DNA from: Macrostomum hystrix
Taxonomy: Eukaryota; Animalia; Platyhelminthes
Direction: 5' to 3'
NCBI GenBank assembly: GCA_950097015.1
Contig: CATNEN010000033.1
Span: forward strand, 4,278,001-4,342,000
DNA: 64,000 bases
Positions 35,701 through 45,769 of this stretch are shown here, piece after piece. A program made the translations under genes and the position numbers. The notes beneath the pieces were generated by a model. It had not been told where the DNA came from. It made no database searches and saw only the letters and a list, made by a program, of their open reading frames with translations. Numbering within the stretch: the stretch's first letter is position 1; every line of letters begins with the position of its first letter.

Positions 35701-38591
35701 GCGCAAGTTGAAGTCTGGGCTGTAGGGACTCTGCCAGAGCAGATTTACTCGCCGTCCAGCCAGAAAAATCCGAAACAGCCTGACAGGTGTGGGGCCGTGC
35801 GTTGTCCATCTGCCACAGAACTTCGTTCAGGTGAATCGGGTTTGACCGGAGCGTGCGCCAGAGGTTCCCAGTGTGTCGGACAAAGTCGATGAAGTACTGG
35901 CCATCGACCTTGGTGTTTGGCGGAGTTGTACAGATGGAGACTCGTTTGTTTGGCGTGAATGCCACCAGCAGCATGGTCTTCTTGTCTGAGATGGACCTCC
36001 TGGTCACAGTCAGCCTGGAGTCCCCAGCTCCCAGCCAGCAGCGATTGTCTGCCTTGCTGCTTTTGCCATCCAGGTGGAGCCAGGTCTCATCCTCAACAAC
36101 CAGGCAGTTTAGGATGTCATCCAAGCCCCGGCTGCTGAACACCTTGCGGATCTGATTGGCGCAGTTCACACGGGCCTGACGTTGGTCCGCAGTGAGGTCA
36201 TGGGGCACCCAGACCGAGCAGACGTTTCGGAGATGGAGATCCTCTGTCAAGATGCGATGGACTGTCTTGAAATCAATCTCCAAGCAGTCCGCTAGCTCCC
36301 TGACAGACTGCCGCGGGTCTTCCTTGACCAGGTCGCTGATGACTTCGATGTTCTCTATTGTCCTGGTTGAACATGGTCGTCCAGATCTGGCGGCATCTCC
36401 CAATTCGAACCCAGGATCAGTAAAGTTCTGAAACCACCTGTAAATTGTCCTGCGAGTTGGGCAGTTGTCTGGCAGTGTGTTCCGGAGATCCTCCTCTACT
36501 TCAAGTGCAGATTTTCCAAGCTTGAAGCGAATGAAAGCGTAGAACTGGATGTGCGTCTTGTCATGATTCATGTTGAGTTTTGCTCGTTGCAAAAAGAAGA
36601 TTTCATCGCGTTGCGCTTGCTAAATCTGATTAATAAATTCTTGCGACAGTTTTGGCCATAGACATTAAAATTGCTGCTCAGGTGTGGTGGCAACTTCTCA
36701 ATAAATGTACTTTCAGAATATAATATAATATATAATATATACGAGCTATTTGGATGATTATTGCTTTGGGTTCCCGCACAACAACCACAGTGACATTACT
36801 TATGACACACCCGTAGTATATCTAGAGTACCATTCTGGTTTGGGTTCTATATATTGAATAGCATTATGTTTTAATTTCACGTATTTCGTACTCGTGCTCA
36901 GACTCCATCCACATCTGCATCCGCACAGGTTCCCATCTACTTCTCCACTGGCCTGGCGGAGCGGGCCAATCACTATTATAAGCTGTTCATCGCCTGGACT
37001 AACGAGAAGATCAAGCAGACCTTTGTCGATCGGAACATGTTCGATTACAAGCACATCCGGCCGCTGCGAGACAAGGGCGTCATCGACAATCCCGGAGCCA
37101 TGGTGGTGTTCGCCACGCCGGGCATGCTGCACGCTGGACAGTCGCTGCAGATCTTCAAGAAGTGGGCGCCTGACGAGCGCAACATGGTGGTTATTCCCGG
37201 CTACTGCGTGGCTGGCACAGTCGGCTACAAGATCATCAACGGGGCCAAGAAGGTGGAGCTAGGCAAGCAGTCGCTGGATGTGCGCATGGCTGTTGAGTAC
37301 TTGTCATTTAGTGCGCACGCGGACGCCAGGTAAATGTGTTTCTAATTTATAATGTGCGTCACTTTCTACTATAATATTAAAGATGCATATTGATCAATTA
37401 CAGCTCGCTTTCATATTGTGTGATTGTCCAGTGCAGGTTCAAGATCCAAAATATTTAGTTTATACTGTGTGCTCTAGGTACCAATCCTTTTCGCGCTCGT
37501 GGCTTGATCTCGACTTATCCCTACCTGAACCTACAGGGGCATCATGCAGCTGGTGCGCATGTGCCAGCCCCGGGCGGTCATGCTAGTCCACGGCGAGAGC
37601 GCCAAGATGGACTTCCTGCGTCAGCGCATTCAGCAGGAGCTGCAGTTACCCGTGCTGAAGCCAGCCAACGGGGAGTCAGTTGCCATAGAAACCGAGCAGT
37701 CCATGCTGGTTGAGGCTCCGGCCAGCCTGCTGCGCAGGAAGGACTGGTCCGAGCCAGCCCGCCTCCGGGCGGGTCTTCTGCTCCCGGCTGCTCCTGCCGC
37801 TGAAGGCTCCGCAGCTAAGCGACCGCGATTGTTGGCCCGCGAGGCCGCATTAAAAGAGGCCGGCCTTGTTGAGCACAGTCTCAGGTTCACCACCAGTTTG
37901 AGTCTGTGGTCGCCGCACTCCCAGCTGCCCGAGTTGGTCAATAAGGTAAGGTTGGTTTAGGGGGGTCGGTGGCGGGGTGGTTAACGCTTTTGCATCTTGC
38001 GCCAAGGTCCCTAAGCTCGATTCCGCCATTAATTCGAGCTCTTGAGGGCCAACCTCCACGATGAGAAAGTCAGGTCAGATGTACACACCTGTGTGAGCAT
38101 ATGCCTGTGTACAGTATCTGTGTGCGTGTGTGCTCATGAGTCAACGAAATGGACTAAATTGCCTCCTCGCTGTCTGCGCGTCTAGTGTCACCAAATGATG
38201 TGCCATTGGCTGCAGCCCTGCTGCAATTATTATTATTATTATAAGGTAGGTTCATTGCATCCCCTCAGCCCCATTCCACTCTTTAGTCTATCCCATGCTA
38301 ATTTCCGCAAATAGAATTGGCCTCAAGCTGTCCTTCGAACTGCTTTTCTCGCAGGTGCACGCGGTGTGTGCCAAGGCGGTGGGCGACCGGCTGGCCCAGC
38401 TGCAGGACGGCAGCACCATCAGCGTGCTGCAGGACCGCGTCACCGTGCTGGTCAAGCCGCTGCAACCGACCGGCCGGCAGCAGAGAGACAACTTCCAGCT
38501 GCTGGTGTCCTACTCGTTCGAAAATGAGGATCTAGGCTCAAGACTGTTCTCACTGCTCAAACAGGAGGCCAAGATTGTGCAGAGTCTCTGA
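32716..38591 (+). CDS. INTS11: Integrator subunit 11 (CPSF3-like metallo-beta-lactamase/beta-CASP endonuclease); join(32716..33120,33689..34081,36929..37329,37537..37945,38355..38591), 614 aa
   Basis: [74 protein letters not shown]|VPIYFS and SFSAHADA match INTS11 rather than CPSF3. All junctions are GT-AG and in frame (1845 nt). Confidence 0.97.
33271..33585 (-). mobile_element. tRNA-derived SINE, copy C, in INTS11 intron 1
   Basis: Reverse complement contains GTTCGATTCCGCGGCAAGGC (B-box), CAGATGTACATACCTGTGTGAGC and CTAGTGTCACCAAATGATGTGCCAT, matching copies A and D. Confidence 0.8.
34140..34360. repeat. Degenerate ~38-bp tandem repeat (GTGAAGGAATCATTGGGTTGTGAAGGAAGGATTGAAC)
   Basis: Read directly at the start of INTS11 intron 2. 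Confidence 0.8.
35436..36816 (-). mobile_element. Full-length 1381-bp mariner (Tc1/mariner, DD34D) in INTS11 intron 2
   Basis: 29-bp TIRs CTTCGGGTGTGTCATAAGTAATGTCACTG and CAGTGACATTACTTATGACACACCCGTAG (1 mismatch); TA duplicated inside a satellite unit. Confidence 0.96.
35482..36571 (-). pseudogene. Mariner transposase with a 1-nt frameshift in a 5-nt homopolymer
   Basis: HTH-like TIYRWF..SGRP, WVPHDLT, VVEDETW and MDNARPH. Removing one A from 35764-35768 continues as [29 protein letters not shown], with 34 residues between the second and third Asp. Confidence 0.9.
37961..38241 (+). mobile_element. tRNA-derived SINE, copy D, in INTS11 intron 4
   Basis: A-box-like TGGCGGGGTGG, B-box-like GCTCGATTCC, body shared with copies A and C, and an (ATT)n tail. 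Confidence 0.82.
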
Positions 38592-38914
38592 CACCGTCTT
38601 TTATTTTCTCGGTTCTCTACTCATAGTAGGCAGTTCGGAGTTTGCAGTTCGTTCAAATTTATCCTTCGATTTTCGTATGTGCATTTCCTTCTGCTTTTTG
38701 TGCTTGTAAATGTCATCATTCTAGTTTAAATACATCCGGTTTAAATCTACCTACTGATAACTCCTTTGTCGCCCCCTTCTAAAACAGTGTTGAAACCCTG
38801 TTTTCTTGCTTTCTTATACTCTTGAAAGTTTAGTCATACACGTATAGGTTTCCTTATTATACATGTTTGTATATATTTATTGGGTATTGTCAATGTGTCC
38901 CTCCTCCTTTCCTC

Positions 38915-41720
38915 CGAAAACATTTTCCCTCATCTTCTCTTCCCTCATCCTGTCTCTTCTCTCACCCTGTCTCTTCCCTCATCCTGTCTCTTCTCTCACC
39001 CTGTCTCTTCCCTCATCCTGTCTCTTCCCTCATCCTGTCTCTTCCCTCATCCTGTCTCTTCTCTCACCGTCTCTTCCCTCATCCTGTCTCTTCCCTCACC
39101 CTGTCTCTTCTCTCAGCCTGTCTCTTCCCTTACCCTGTCTCTTCTCTCAGCCTGTCTCTTCCCTCACCCTGTCTCTTCTCTCACCCTGTCTCTTCTCTCA
39201 CCCTGTCTCTTCTCTCACCCTGTCTCTTCCCTCATCCTGTCTCTTCCCTCATCCTGTCTCTTCTCTCACCCTGTCTCTTCCCTCATCCTGTCTCTTCCCT
39301 CATCCTGTCTCTTCTCTCACCCTGTCTCTTCTCTCACCCTGTCTCTTCCCTCATCCTGTCTCTTCCCTCATCCTGTCTCTTCCCTCATCCTGTCTCTTCC
39401 CTCATCCTGTCTCTTCTCTCACCCTGTCTCTTCCCTCATCCTGTCTCTTCCCTCATTCTGTCTCTTCCCTCATCCTGTCTCTTCCCTCATCCTGTCTCTT
39501 CTCCCACCCTGTCTCTTCTCTCACCCTGTCTCTTCCCTTACCCTGCCTCTTCTCTCACCCTGTCTCTTCTCTCACCCTGTCTCTTCTCTTACCCTGTCTC
39601 TTCTCTCACCCTGTCTCTTCTCTCACTCTATCTCTTCCCTCACCCTGTCTCTTCTCCCACCCTGTCTCTTCTCTCACCCTGTCTCTTCCCTTACCCTGTC
39701 TCTTCTCTCACCCTGTCTCTTCTCTCACCCTGTCTCTTCTCTCACCCTGTCTCTTCTCTTACCCTGTCTCTTCTCTCACCTTGTCTCTTCTCTCACCTTG
39801 TCTCTTCTCTCACCCTGTCTCTTCTCTCACCCTATCTCTTCTCTCACACTGTCTCTTCTCCCACCCTGTCTCTTCTCTCACCCTGTCTCTTCCCTTACCC
39901 TGTCTCTTCTCTCACCCTGTCTCTTCTCTCACCCTGTCTCTTCTCTCACCCTGTCTCTTCTCTCACCCTATCTCTTCGCTCACCTTGTCTCTTCTCTCAC
40001 CCTGTCTCTTCTCTCACCCTATCTCTTCTCTCACCTTGTCTCTTCTCTCACCCTGTCTCTTCCCTTACCCTGCCTCTTCTCTCACCCTGTCTCTTCTCTC
40101 ACCCTGTCTCTTCCCTCACCCTGTCTCTTCTCTCACCCTGTCTCTTCTCTCACCCTGCCTCTTCTCTCACCCTGTCTCTTCTCTCAACCTGTCTCTTCCC
40201 TCACCCTGTCTCTTCTCTCACCCTGTCTCTTCTCTTACCCTGTCTCTTCCCTCACCCTGTCTCTTCTCTCACTCTTTCTCTTCCCTCACCCTGTCTCTTC
40301 TCTCACCCTGCCTCTTCTCCCACCCTGTCTCTTCTCTCACCCTGTCTCTTCCCTTACCCTGCCTCTTCTCTCACCCTGTCTCTTCTCTCACCCTGTCTCT
40401 TCTCTTACCCTGTCTCTTCTCTCACCCTGTCTCTTCTCTCACTCTATCTCTTCCCTCACCCTGTCTCTTCTCCCACCCTGTCTCTTCTCTCACCCTGTCT
40501 CTTCCCTTACCCTGTCTCTTCTCTCACCCTGTCTCTTCTCTCACCCTGTCTCTTCTCTCACCCTGTCTCTTCTCTCACCCTATCTCTTCGCTCACCTTGT
40601 CTCTTCTCTCACCCTGTCTCTTCTCTCACCCTATCTCTTCTCTCACCTTGTCTCTTCTCTCACCCTGTCTCTTCCCTTACCCTGCCTCTTCTCTCACCCT
40701 GTCTCTTCTCCCACCCTGTCTCTTCTCTCACCCTGTCTCTTCCCTTACCCTGCCTCTTCTCTCACCCTGTCTCTTCTCTCACCCTATCTCTTCTCTCACC
40801 CTGTCTCTTCCCTCACCCTGTCTCTTCTCTCACCCTGTCTCTTCTCTCACCCTATCTCTTCTCTCAACCTGTCTCTTCCCTCACCCTGTCTCTTCTCTCA
40901 CCCTGTCTCTTCTCTTACCCTGTCTCTTCTCTCACCCTGTCTCTTCTCTCACTCTATCTCTTCCCTCACCCTGTCTCTTCTCTCACCCTGTCTCTTCTCT
41001 CACCCTATCTCTTCGCTCACCTTGTCTCTTCTCTCACCCTGTCTCTTCTCTCACCCTATCTCTTTTCTTACCTTGTCTCTTCTCTCACCCTATCTCTTCT
41101 CTCACCCTATCTCTTCTCCCACCCTGTCTCTTCTCTCACCCTGTCTCTTCTCTTACCCTGCCTCTTCTCTCACCCTGTCTCTTCTCTCACCCTATCTCTT
41201 CTCTCACCCTGTCTCTTCCCTCACACTGTCTCTTCTCCCACCCTGTCTCTTCTCTCACCCTGTCTCTTCCCTTACCCTGCCTCTTCTCTCACCCTATCTC
41301 TTCTCTCACCCTGTCTCTTCTCTCATCCTGTCTCTTCCCTCACCCTGTCTCTTCCCTCACCCTGTCTCTTCTCTCACCCTGTCTCTTCTCTCAGCCTGTC
41401 TCTTCCCTCACCCTGTCTCTTCTCTCACCCTGTCTCTTCTCTCACCCTGTCTCTTCTCTCACCCTGTCTCTTCTCTCACCCTGTCTCTTCTCTCAGCCTG
41501 TCTCTTCTCTCACCCTGTCTCTTCTCTCACCCTGTCTCTTCTCTCAGCCTGTCTCTTCTCTCACCCTGTCTCTTCTCTCACCCTGTCTCTTCTCTCACCC
41601 TGTCTCTTCCCTCACCCTGTCTCTTCTCTCACCCTGTCTCTTCCCTCACCCTGTCTCTTCTCTCACCCTGTCTCTTCTCTCAACCTGTCTATTCTCTCAT
41701 CCTGTCCCTTCCCTCGTCCT
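38915..41720. repeat. ~2.8-kb pyrimidine-rich 17-bp minisatellite (CTGTCTCTTCTCTCACC)
   Basis: Read directly. It keeps all three + frames open, giving the ~970-995 aa ORFs. Confidence 0.98.
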
Positions 41721-42315
41721 GTCTCTTTACTCGCCCTCTATATCTTCTCCAAAACTTGTTGTTTTTCCTCTAGCTAAACTATATTATCAACACAGTATGA
41801 CAAAAACATTATGGCTCGTAATTGAGCAGTCATTTATAGCGCGCCTTTAGTTCAGTGCATTCTGTTTGTACTCGTAATTTAGCTAGCTTTTGCTAGTCCT
41901 TATCCGTCTGTTTACTGCAGTCCTGAGGGCCTTTCCGCCCTGCTCTGCACTGTTAGCAGTCAGACTGGTCACAGGCGGTCCTGAAAATGAGCAAAGGCGA
42001 ATGTTCTCTGACGTCTTAAAAATTAATCCCGTCCTGCCCGTTCCCCGCCATCCTGCCAGCTTGTTTTCTTCCTCAGATCTGGCTCACTCTTCTAGGCGGA
42101 CGGGAAATTCCCCGCCAGTTACCCATCTGGGGCGGAGAAATTCTTCATGGATTCATCCTCCCCCTGATTGGCTGATTGGGCCTGGGAAGAAAAAGTGTTT
42201 GTGTCTTTTGGCGAAGGACGCGCTGAGTCTGTTATAAATCTGTTGTGATGCGATGCGAGTACGTTAGCCTGGAGATCGATTGTAGTTGACAGACAGACAG
42301 ACAATTGGGCGGGCA

Positions 42316-42365
42316 GATCAGGCTGTAGGACCGGCCAGGTGCATCCAGGGTCCTACAGCCTGATC
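42316..42365. other. Isolated perfect 17-bp hairpin with a 16-nt loop
   Basis: GATCAGGCTGTAGGACC (42316-42332) and GGTCCTACAGCCTGATC (42349-42365). Confidence 0.9.
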
Positions 42366-43087
42366 CTGGGGGTGGGGGTAGATTAGTGAGCAACTAATTA
42401 GCGAATTGTCTCATGACAGAATTGAAAAGTCGGCTCTCCAGGTCTGCTTGACTCTGAGTATAGAGTGCGCGGAGGTGTCGAGAGGTTATCAGAGAGCGAG
42501 CATGGCTCGGCTTGAATTTTTTTGACAGGAACTAAATGCTTCTCTATATCAAGCTGTAGTATAAGTAAAAATCTGTGATTGCTCACGCAGATTCTGTTAA
42601 ATCCGCTTTTTAAGAACACATTTCTAGTTTTGTTTTCGTGTATAATTTCCTGGCAAATGGGTGTGCGGCCATTGGTGACAAAACACACATTGTTGCTGTC
42701 CGAATCCCTTTGAATTGATCGATAGGCATGAAAACATCACAGGCTGCCTAATCCTCCGCTGTGCGTCATCTCTCCGCTTACGGAATTCAGTTGAGCTGTT
42801 TGGGCCCGCCCCCGCGAGCTGTGTTTTCTTTATCAGTCTAATTCGCTGTTGTTTACTAAGAGAGAAGCGGAGATTTTTTCACCTGTTTTGAAAATTTTTC
42901 GGCTTAGTGTAACCGTGAGGAAGGGCGGTCCAGAGAACAGCTAACCGGGTGCTGCTTGTTTTTCCTTTAGGACTTTAGCTGCGATATTGCTAAGATTGCA
43001 GCCTTTTATGGATGAATTGAAAGCAGGAATTATTCTGAATAGATTGATGAGTGAGTTCAGGGGAAATGCCTAGCATTTCTAGGGAAA

Positions 43088-43985
43088 GTGAGTGAGTCAT
43101 TGAGTCATGATTGATAGAGTGAGTGAATGAGTGAGTGAGTGAGTGAGTGTGTGAGTGAATGAGTTTTTGAGTGAGTGAGTGAGTGTGTGAGTGAATGCGT
43201 TTTTGAGTGAGTGAGTGAATGAGTGAATGAGTGAATGAGTGTTTAAGTGAGTGAGTGAGTGAGTGAGTGACTGAGTTTTTGAGTGAGTGAGTGAGTGAGT
43301 GAGTGAGTAAGTGAGTGTGTGAGTGAATGAGTGTTTGAGTGAGTGAGTGAGTGTGTGAGTGACTGAGTTTTTGAGTGAGTGAGTGAGTGAGTGAGTGTGT
43401 GAGTGTGTGAGTGAGTGAGTGAGTGAGTGAGTGAGTGAGTGAGTGAGTGAATGAGTGAAAAAGTCACTCACTCACTCTCTTGATGGCAGCAAGCGCCCAG
43501 TTGATTTAAACAAGTGTGTGCTTCTTTATTACAAGTGCTGGCCTAAACCCAGTTGGGGCAGAACCAAGTGGCTAAAATGGCTAAAATATAAGTGAGTGAG
43601 TGAGTGAGTGAATGAGTGAGTGTTTGAGTGAGTGAGTGAGTGAGTGAGTGAGTGAGTGTGTGAGTGAATGAATTTTTGAGTGAGTGAGTGAATGAGTGAG
43701 TGAGTGAATGAGTGAATGAGTGTTTAAGTGAGTGAGTTGATTAGGTGAGTGAGTTAATGAGTGCTTGAGTGAGTGAGTGAGTGAGTTGATTAGGTGAGTG
43801 AGTTAATGAGTGCTTGAGTGAGTGAGTGAGTGAGTTGATTAGGTGAGTGAATGAGTGCTTGAGTGAGTGAGTGAATGAATGAGAGAGAGTGAGTGAATGA
43901 AGGAGTGAGAAGGTGATTGAGTGAGGGAGTGAGTAATTATTGAATGAGAAAGCGAGCGATTAAATGAGTTAGGGAGTGAGTGAGA
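43088..43985. repeat. Two degenerate (GAGT)n microsatellite blocks separated by a ~130-bp unique spacer
   Basis: Read directly; source of the THSL pseudo-ORFs. Confidence 0.95.
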
Positions 43986-44151
43986 GGAGAGAGCTTTTAT
44001 GGTTTGTGTGAGTCTGTAAGTGCGTAAAATGGAAAGTGTAAGTGTAAGAAAAGCGAAGAAGAAATTGTAAAAGCAACTATTCAGAGTTCTTAGGCTTTAG
44101 AAAAGCAATGTCTTTACTAATTTTCCTTTCTTGATCTGCGTTGCAGCCAGC

Positions 44152-44820
44152 ATGTCAAAGAAGGGCCTCAGCTTCGAGGAGAAGCGCAACCGCATGCTGA
44201 GCTTCTTCCACGAGACGCAGGACTTCTTCCAGTTGAAGGAAGTCGAACGTCTCTGCCACAAGGAGAAGGGCATCACGACAATGTCGGCCAAGGAGGTGCT
44301 GCAGAGCCTTGTAGACGACGGACTTGTTGACACGGACAAGATTGGCACCTGCGTGTACTTCTGGGCCTTCCCCAGCAAGCTGGGCGAGCGCCTGCGCGGC
44401 CGCCTGCGCGTCGCCGAAGCCGCCCTGGCTGAGGCTCGCGAACAGCGTCGCCGTGTTGAAGCCGAACTCGCCGAACTAGCCGCGGCCGCCGCAGCCGCTG
44501 CCGCCGAAAACGAGAGCGACGACGAGGCCGAGCGAGCCCGCCTAGTCGCCGCCATCGCCGAGGCCGAGTCGGCCAACTCGGCGGCAGACGAGCGGCTCAA
44601 GCGGATGCGCGACTGCGACCCGGAGGCGCTGGACGGCCTGCTGTCCGAGGCGCGCAACGCCCACGCCGGGGCCAACCGGTGGACGGACAACGTGTTCACC
44701 CTGTCCGGCTGGCTGCGGGCCAAGTTCCCCTCCATGGACGGCGGCGCGGTGGCCAAGCAGTTCGGTCTGGCCGAAGATTTGGACTACGTGAACAGGCCGG
44801 ACTTCGGTCGCTTCGCTTGA
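44152..44820 (+). CDS. MND1: Meiotic nuclear division protein 1, intronless CDS, 222 aa
   Basis: MSKKGLSFEEKRNRML..HETQDFFQLKEVE..KEKGI..KEVLQSLVDDGLV..DKIGT..YFWAFPS, a coiled coil, and ANRWTDNVF..QFGLAEDLDY. Confidence 0.96.
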   Translation: MSKKGLSFEEKRNRMLSFFHETQDFFQLKEVERLCHKEKGITTMSAKEVLQSLVDDGLVDTDKIGTCVYFWAFPSKLGERLRGRLRVAEAALAEAREQRRRVEAELAELAAAAAAAAAENESDDEAERARLVAAIAEAESANSAADERLKRMRDCDPEALDGLLSEARNAHAGANRWTDNVFTLSGWLRAKFPSMDGGAVAKQFGLAEDLDYVNRPDFGRFA

Positions 44821-45489
44821 CCTTCTTTGTTACTCCTGATCTAGTTCGGACTGCTGTTCTGTTACCTGTTGTTGCCTTTTGCTTGCTTGCTCGAAGACTC
44901 GAGTTCTTCGAGTCTTCCCAGATTCTACAAGTGTAAAAGTTAGTCCGCTTCAGTCCCGTATGATTTTTGCTTTAGCTCAATTATTACAACTTTTTCTATA
45001 CATATCGGCTTGTTATTTTCTATTTTGTTTCATTTGTTTCATTTGCTGCCTAGCAGAGTTTCCGTGCTTGCAGCTAGCAATTATTTGTAGACTTCCCTAG
45101 TTACGAGGGGCTTAAAAGAAGTTGAACTTTTTCTTTTAAAAATGTTAAAGTCCCTTGTTTTAATTAAAAAAAATAATTGTTTTATCCGGCGTTCTCTCGT
45201 TGTTTACGAACGTCGCATTTATAAAATGTCTGCTTCGGCTCTAAAAATTGCATTAGAAAGCCATTTTTCAAAGTCTAGCCTTTGTATCTTTGTATACTCT
45301 ATCAACGCAAGTTCGAGTACGTTTAGTACAAATTTTTCAGCAGAAACGCGCTGATTTTTAATCATTTATTGTTTTTAATTATTGTCTTTTTGTACTTTTA
45401 TTTTCAATTTAAATCTAAAGTTTTAAATCTCAGCTAATGATATTTTTTATTCGGAGAATTCTAAATCCAGTTAGGAGGATTTCAATCAC

Positions 45490-45720
45490 AATCGGGCAGA
45501 TTCCTATTATATTTAGTAAGATTCCTATTACATTTGGGCGGTTTCCTAATAAAGTTAGGAAGATTCCTATTACAGTTAGGAAGATTCCTAAAAAAATTAG
45601 GACGATTCCTATTAAAGTTTGGCGGTTTCCTCATAAAGTTAGGAAGATTCCTAATGCAGTTAGGCAGATTCCTAAAAAATTTAGGACGATTCCTATTACA
45701 GTTGGCATATTACAGTTAGG
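45490..45720. repeat. Degenerate 21-bp minisatellite (CCTATTACAGTTAGGAAGATT)
   Basis: Read directly just upstream of the FAPP2-like acceptor. Confidence 0.85.
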
Positions 45721-45769
45721 TGGATTCCTGTTTCCTAGTTGTATCGGGTAGCCCCACCTGGCATTCCAG

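Larger units (their letters stand above)
34915..36860. repeat. 31-bp satellite (CTGGTTTGGGTTCTATATCTAGAATATCATT), interrupted by the mariner
   Basis: Units run from 34915 to 35435 and resume at 36817. Confidence 0.96.

Noticed and set aside
20884-38241. The LINE at 20.9-21.8 kb as the mobilising partner of the SINE family
   Set aside because: In sense orientation the LINE tail is (AAT)n and the SINE tail is (ATT)n, and I saw no shared 3' sequence.
38863-41850. Three overlapping 965-995 aa ORFs
   Set aside because: All lie in a 17-bp pyrimidine-rich minisatellite that cannot easily form stop codons on the + strand; all three frames being open marks it as an artifact.
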